Of a stretch of DNA of 64,000 nucleotides, positions 61,228 through 64,000 are shown piece by piece; the first letter of the stretch is position 1, and every line of letters starts with the position of its first letter. Made by a program: the position numbers and the translations under genes. Origin of the DNA: an uncultured Candidatus Saccharibacteria bacterium (GTDB lineage Bacteria > Patescibacteriota > Saccharimonadia > Saccharimonadales > Saccharimonadaceae); NCBI GenBank assembly GCA_964570845.1, contig CAZMZB010000001.1:143473-207472 (forward strand), read 5' to 3'. The notes beneath the pieces are model-generated. The model made no database searches. It was given only the letters and a program-made list of their open reading frames with translations, and was not told where the DNA came from.

Positions 61228-62127
61228 TTAACTAAAGAAGCTGCGTTTTTTATTGTTCTTTTTAAATTCTTCAAGTAATTCTTTCTGTTTCTTTGTCAGC
61301 TTTGTTGGCGTCTCAACAATTATCTGTACGATATGCGGTCCACGACGATTACTTCTTAATTTTGGCGCACCATGCCCAGAAAGTTTAAAATCTGTTCCGC
61401 TCTGCGTTCCGGCCGGAACCTTCATCTTTATCTTTCCGTCAATTGTTTCAACATCAATTTCTGTACCAAGTGCCGCGTCAATCATAGTAATCGTCTCTTC
61501 GCTTAAAATAAGTTCACCTTCTCGAGTAAATTTTTTGTGTGGCTGTACGCGAATACGAATATAGAGGTCACCATTGACGCCGCCAGAAAGCGCTTCACCA
61601 CGGCCACTTAAACGCATGGTCGCACCATCGTCAATACCAGCTGGAATCTTTACCTTGATATCTTCTTTTTTATTATTAATATTAAGCTGCAGGGTCTGTT
61701 CTGTTCCAAAGACGGCTTGTTTAAAATCTATAGTAATCGCCGTTTCAACATCACGGCCACGCCGAGAGCCACGATTAAATCCACCGGCGCCAGTGAAAAA
61801 GCTATTAAATAAATCACCTAAATCTGCGCCACCAAAATCAAAGTGAACATTCTGTCCGCCAAAGCTTTCAAATCCCTCAAATGGATTTCCACCAGCTGGG
61901 CCACCGTTACCGCCAATTCCCGCGTGACCAAATTGGTCATAACGTTGTCGCTTACCCGGATCTTTAAGAACTTCATATGCCTCGTTTGCTTCTTTAAACT
62001 TTGCTTCATCACCACCATCTTTATCAGGATGATATTTCACGGCAAGCTTTCGAAATGCCTTCTTAATTTCGTCAGCAGAGGCGTCTTTTTTTACTCCTAA
62101 AATTTCATAGTAATCACGTTTTGACAT
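61228..62127 (-). CDS. dnaJ: J-domain co-chaperone (DnaJ/CbpA type, no zinc-finger domain)
   Basis: J domain DYYEILGV...KYHPDK, G/F-rich linker, two C-terminal beta domains. No CxxCxGxG repeats anywhere. Confidence 0.85.
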   Translation of the reverse strand: MSKRDYYEILGVKKDASADEIKKAFRKLAVKYHPDKDGGDEAKFKEANEAYEVLKDPGKRQRYDQFGHAGIGGNGGPAGGNPFEGFESFGGQNVHFDFGGADLGDLFNSFFTGAGGFNRGSRRGRDVETAITIDFKQAVFGTEQTLQLNINNKKEDIKVKIPAGIDDGATMRLSGRGEALSGGVNGDLYIRIRVQPHKKFTREGELILSEETITMIDAALGTEIDVETIDGKIKMKVPAGTQSGTDFKLSGHGAPKLRSNRRGPHIVQIIVETPTKLTKKQKELLEEFKKNNKKRSFFS

Positions 62128-62146
62128 CTTTATTTATAATATAAAA

Positions 62147-62173
62147 CTAGCACTCAAAAGTCTAGAGTGCTAG
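62147..62173 (-). terminator. Intrinsic terminator between the glsB-like gene and dnaJ
   Basis: CTAGCACTC - 9 nt - GAGTGCTAG, followed by UUUUAU on the minus strand. Confidence 0.5.
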
Positions 62174-62192
62174 TTGATAAAAATATTTTTTG

Positions 62193-62447
62193 TTATTTCT
62201 TACCGCGAATCGCGTTATAAATCCAAAGCACAATCACTGCACCCAAGAATGCGACAAGCAGACTGTAGAGATTGAAGCCATTGATATCTTCACCACCGAT
62301 AAGATTCATAACAAATCCACCGACAAGACCACCAATAACACCGACAATTATGTTGCCCAGTAGTCCTTGATCTTCATCACGTTTCATTACTAGTGACGCC
62401 AGCCAACCAGCAATACCCCCTAGTACAATCCAACCAATAATACCCAT
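62193..62447 (-). CDS. GlsB/YeaQ/YmgE-family small membrane stress protein
   Basis: MGIIGWIVLGGIAGWLAS... ATG at 62447 follows AAGGAGG. The track N-terminal extension is discarded. Confidence 0.8.
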   Translation of the reverse strand: MGIIGWIVLGGIAGWLASLVMKRDEDQGLLGNIIVGVIGGLVGGFVMNLIGGEDINGFNLYSLLVAFLGAVIVLWIYNAIRGKK

Positions 62448-62538
62448 AAGTTTATCCTCCTTATGCTTATTTGTAGTAGTTTTATTATAACAAAAATAGC
62501 AGGTCAAAGAACCTGCTATTTTGAGGGTCGAATTTTAT

Positions 62539-64000
62539 CTATTTCTTCTCTTCATCGACAACTTCACCTTCTACTGGTTCGTCGTCTTTTTTGCCGTCAT
62601 CTTCACTTGGCTTTTCTTCCGCTGCTGCTTGGTAAAGCTTTGCACCAATTGGCATGATTTTATCATTTAGCTCTTTGGTTGCAGCTTCAAGTGCTTCTTT
62701 ATCTGCCTTTTCATCATCTTTGACTTTCTTGGCAGCCTCAGCAGCTTCTTCAATTATCTTTTTATCATCGTCAGAAATTTTATCTTTATGCTCGGTTGGC
62801 ATTTTTTCTGCTTGATAAATTGCATTCTCAAGAAGGTTGCGAGCTTCAATTGCTTCACGCTTCTTCTTGTCCTCATCAGCATGCGCCTCAGCTTCCTTTT
62901 GCGCCTTTTCAATATCATCTTTTGAAAGATTGCCGCTGTCAGAGATCGTAATACTCTGTTCTTTGCCAGTTCCCTTATCTTTTGCCGTTACGTTCAAAAT
63001 TCCATTGGCATCAATATTAAAGGTAACTTCAATTTGCGGTACACCACGTGGTGCAGGCGCAATACCATCAAGCACAAAGCGACCAAGCGATTTATTGTCA
63101 GCCGCCATTTCACGCTCGCCTTGCAATACGTGAATTTCGACCTGTGGCTGATTATCTGCAGCAGTTGAAAAGACTTCACTTTTTGAAGTTGGTACAGTTG
63201 TGTTTCGCTCGATGAGCTTTGTTGTGACACTTCCCATCGTTTCAATACCAAGTGAAAGTGGAGTAACATCAAGAAGAAGAACGTCTTTCACATCACCTTG
63301 CAAAACACCGCCCTGAATTGCCGCTCCAATTGCCACAACTTCATCTGGGTTTACACCCTGTAATGGGTCTTTGCCAAAAATCTTCTTCACTTTTTCAACC
63401 ACAGCTGGCATTCGAGTCATACCACCAACAAGCACAATTTCGTTGATATCGCTTGCTTTAAGTCCTGCATCTTTAAGAGCTTTTTCACACGGAGCAGCTG
63501 TCTTATCAATAAGACTAGAGACAAGTTCTTCAAGCTTCGCACGAGTCAGTTTATATTCAAAGTGCTTTGGACCTTCGGCGTCAGCCGTTAAGAATGGAAG
63601 GTTTACTTCCGTTTCGGTTGTGGTTGAAAGTTCTTTCTTTGCTTTTTCAGCCTCGTCCTTGAGACGCTGCATCGCTGCATTATCTTTCTTCAGGTCAATG
63701 CCATGTTCTTTTTTAAATTCATCCAAGAAATGGTTCACAATAGTATTATCAAAATCTTCACCACCAAGGTGAGTATCGCCATTCGTTGATTTTACCTCAA
63801 ACACACCATCGCCAAGCTCTAGAATAGAAACGTCAAACGTACCACCACCAAGGTCGAAAACAGCAATTTTTTCTTCCTTGTTCTTTTCGAGTCCATACGC
63901 AAGTGCGGCTGCAGTTGGCTCGTTAATAATTCGCTTCACTTCAAGCCCTGCAATCTTGCCCGCATCTTTCGTTGCCTGACGTTGTGAGTCGTCAAAATAA
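62539..64000 (-). CDS. dnaK: Chaperone DnaK (Hsp70), C-terminal roughly 487 codons; the 5' end lies beyond the window
   Basis: [36 protein letters not shown] motifs. The frame stays open to base 64000. Confidence 0.95.
   Translation of the reverse strand, partial: YFDDSQRQATKDAGKIAGLEVKRIINEPTAAALAYGLEKNKEEKIAVFDLGGGTFDVSILELGDGVFEVKSTNGDTHLGGEDFDNTIVNHFLDEFKKEHGIDLKKDNAAMQRLKDEAEKAKKELSTTTETEVNLPFLTADAEGPKHFEYKLTRAKLEELVSSLIDKTAAPCEKALKDAGLKASDINEIVLVGGMTRMPAVVEKVKKIFGKDPLQGVNPDEVVAIGAAIQGGVLQGDVKDVLLLDVTPLSLGIETMGSVTTKLIERNTTVPTSKSEVFSTAADNQPQVEIHVLQGEREMAADNKSLGRFVLDGIAPAPRGVPQIEVTFNIDANGILNVTAKDKGTGKEQSITISDSGNLSKDDIEKAQKEAEAHADEDKKKREAIEARNLLENAIYQAEKMPTEHKDKISDDDKKIIEEAAEAAKKVKDDEKADKEALEAATKELNDKIMPIGAKLYQAAAEEKPSEDDGKKDDEPVEGEVVDEEKK

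Noticed and set aside
61253-63772. Plus-strand ORFs antisense to dnaJ and dnaK (61253-61564, 61574-61846, 61843-62100, 62837-63133, 63371-63772)
   Set aside because: They are embedded antisense to highly conserved chaperone genes. Their Ser/Ala/Phe-rich artefactual composition is typical of antisense K/E/D-rich coding sequence.
1-64000. CRISPR arrays, rRNA genes, IS elements with terminal inverted repeats, prophage structural genes
   Set aside because: I found no regularly spaced direct repeats, no rRNA-like conserved stretches, no transposase ORFs and no capsid, tail or terminase-like ORFs while reading the window. The only mobility gene is the serine recombinase.

Overview
Gene-dense bacterial chromosome segment using the standard genetic code, roughly mid-40s % GC by hand counts on a few lines. 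By inference it comes from a reduced-genome CPR/Patescibacteria organism, Saccharibacteria-like. The evidence is mostly housekeeping genes (aspS, folD, glyA, recA-recX, ruvABC-yebC, rny, tsaBE, dnaK/dnaJ), peptidoglycan genes (murA, murB, murT/gatD), many small membrane proteins and almost no biosynthesis. There are two type IV pilus loci: a pilin cluster at 18.9-21.5 kb and pilBCMNO at 36.9-43.2 kb. Eight tRNA genes are present, all on the minus strand and all encoding CCA. I saw no rRNA and no CRISPR array. Main second-look items follow. (1) An orphan GC-rich unit of about 0.56 kb with its own promoter and terminator next to tRNA-Glu (2451-3049) looks like a large structured RNA of no class I can name. 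(2) G/C homopolymer tracts of 7-8 nt occur, as far as I could scan by eye, only in two pilus-related surface protein genes. One tract breaks the 5' end of a PilX-like gene. A C8-TAGTAG-C7 cassette sits exactly between a pilin module and a C-terminal LCCL domain. (3) A roughly 8 kb accessory island (about 51.9-60.1 kb) abuts tRNA-Lys(UUU). It carries a large serine recombinase whose ORF has no stop inside the element and reads antisense through the tRNA. It also carries a type II R-M pair, a standalone OLD-family nuclease, a three-gene small-membrane-protein operon of unknown function, and a wHTH gene behind an unusual repeat-rich control region. (4) A terminator/antiterminator leader precedes a lone isopropylmalate/homocitrate-synthase-like gene. 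(5) Unusual architectures include an XRE-HTH::MurA fusion, a membrane-anchored double-AAA+ Clp-like ATPase and a Cys-less sortase-like protein. All functional calls come from motif recognition by eye. No searches were run.
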